DNA of 46,064 bases, taken from Candidatus Dormiibacterota bacterium. GTDB taxonomy: Bacteria; Chloroflexota; Dormibacteria; Dormibacterales; Dormibacteraceae. Shown here one piece after another: positions 45,883-46,064 of this stretch. The notes under the pieces are model-generated. The model was not told where the DNA came from. It saw only the letters and a program-made list of their open reading frames with translations, and did not search any database. The translations under genes were made by a program, and so were the position numbers. The DNA is taken from contig DASUWN010000023.1 of assembly GCA_036378395.1 (NCBI GenBank), positions 1-46,064 on the forward strand, read 5' to 3'. The stretch's first letter is position 1, and every line of letters starts with the position of its first letter.

Positions 45883-46064
45883 CTAACGGCCGCCGGCCGC
45901 AGTCTGAGCTTGGGGCTCGGGTGACTCCTGGGCCGCCACCGCCGGGACCGTGAACTTGAATGTGGTCCCGCCACGGCCGGTGGCCGCCAGCCAGATCCGG
46001 CCGCCGAAGCTGCGCTCGACCACCAGCCGGCAGAAGTAGAGGCCGAGGCCGAGGCCGCCGCGGG
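45883..46064 (-). CDS. C-terminal fragment of a sensor histidine kinase (HATPase_c end); the gene continues beyond the window
   Basis: Minus-strand translation RGGLGLGLYFCRLVVERSFGGRIWLAATGRGGTTFKFTVP, i.e. a G2 box plus the terminal strand. Not in the ORF track because no start codon lies in the window. Confidence 0.75.
   Translation of the reverse strand, partial: RGGLGLGLYFCRLVVERSFGGRIWLAATGRGGTTFKFTVPAVAAQESPEPQAQTAAGGR

Overview
A gene-dense bacterial chromosomal segment, roughly 70% GC by eye. Gene content (two F420-type oxidoreductases, DinB, a DUF559/AbiEi-like gene, sortases, lgt, frequent GTG/TTG starts, near-zero divergent spacers) suggests an Actinomycetota-like or related high-GC terrabacterial lineage; that taxonomic call is inference only. 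Housekeeping genes recognised with confidence are metH, metY, pepA, dxs, gltX, lgt and rlmN. Also present are an M23 peptidase, an MFS transporter, an NfeD/SPFH pair, a LutB-LutA fusion, a translationally coupled 4-gene lipid operon with a divergent PAP2 phosphatase, and a VapC/Phd-type TA pair. I saw no rRNA, tRNA or CRISPR array. The most unusual content is as follows. (1) A sortase module at the left edge: a stand-alone sortase, a 787-aa secreted protein whose C-terminus is itself a sortase domain on a repeat/FN3 stalk, and a small surface protein with a tripartite sorting signal carrying a non-canonical FPNTT motif. A strong hairpin plus T7 terminator sits between substrate and enzyme. (2) An uncharacterised ~110-aa repeat domain shared by two large secreted proteins. 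(3) Several dispersed elements: two MITE-like families, one intact IS5-type IS, and a 63-bp palindromic element present as direct repeats bracketing a DUF559+TA cassette. All of these are tied to the tetranucleotide CTAG, which often doubles as a gene's TAG stop. A sixth repeat, an 18-bp palindrome GGTTTCTCGAGAAACC in 6 or more copies, also occurs inside metH and metY. All coordinates of non-ORF features were counted by hand against ORF-track anchors and could be off by 1-2 nt.
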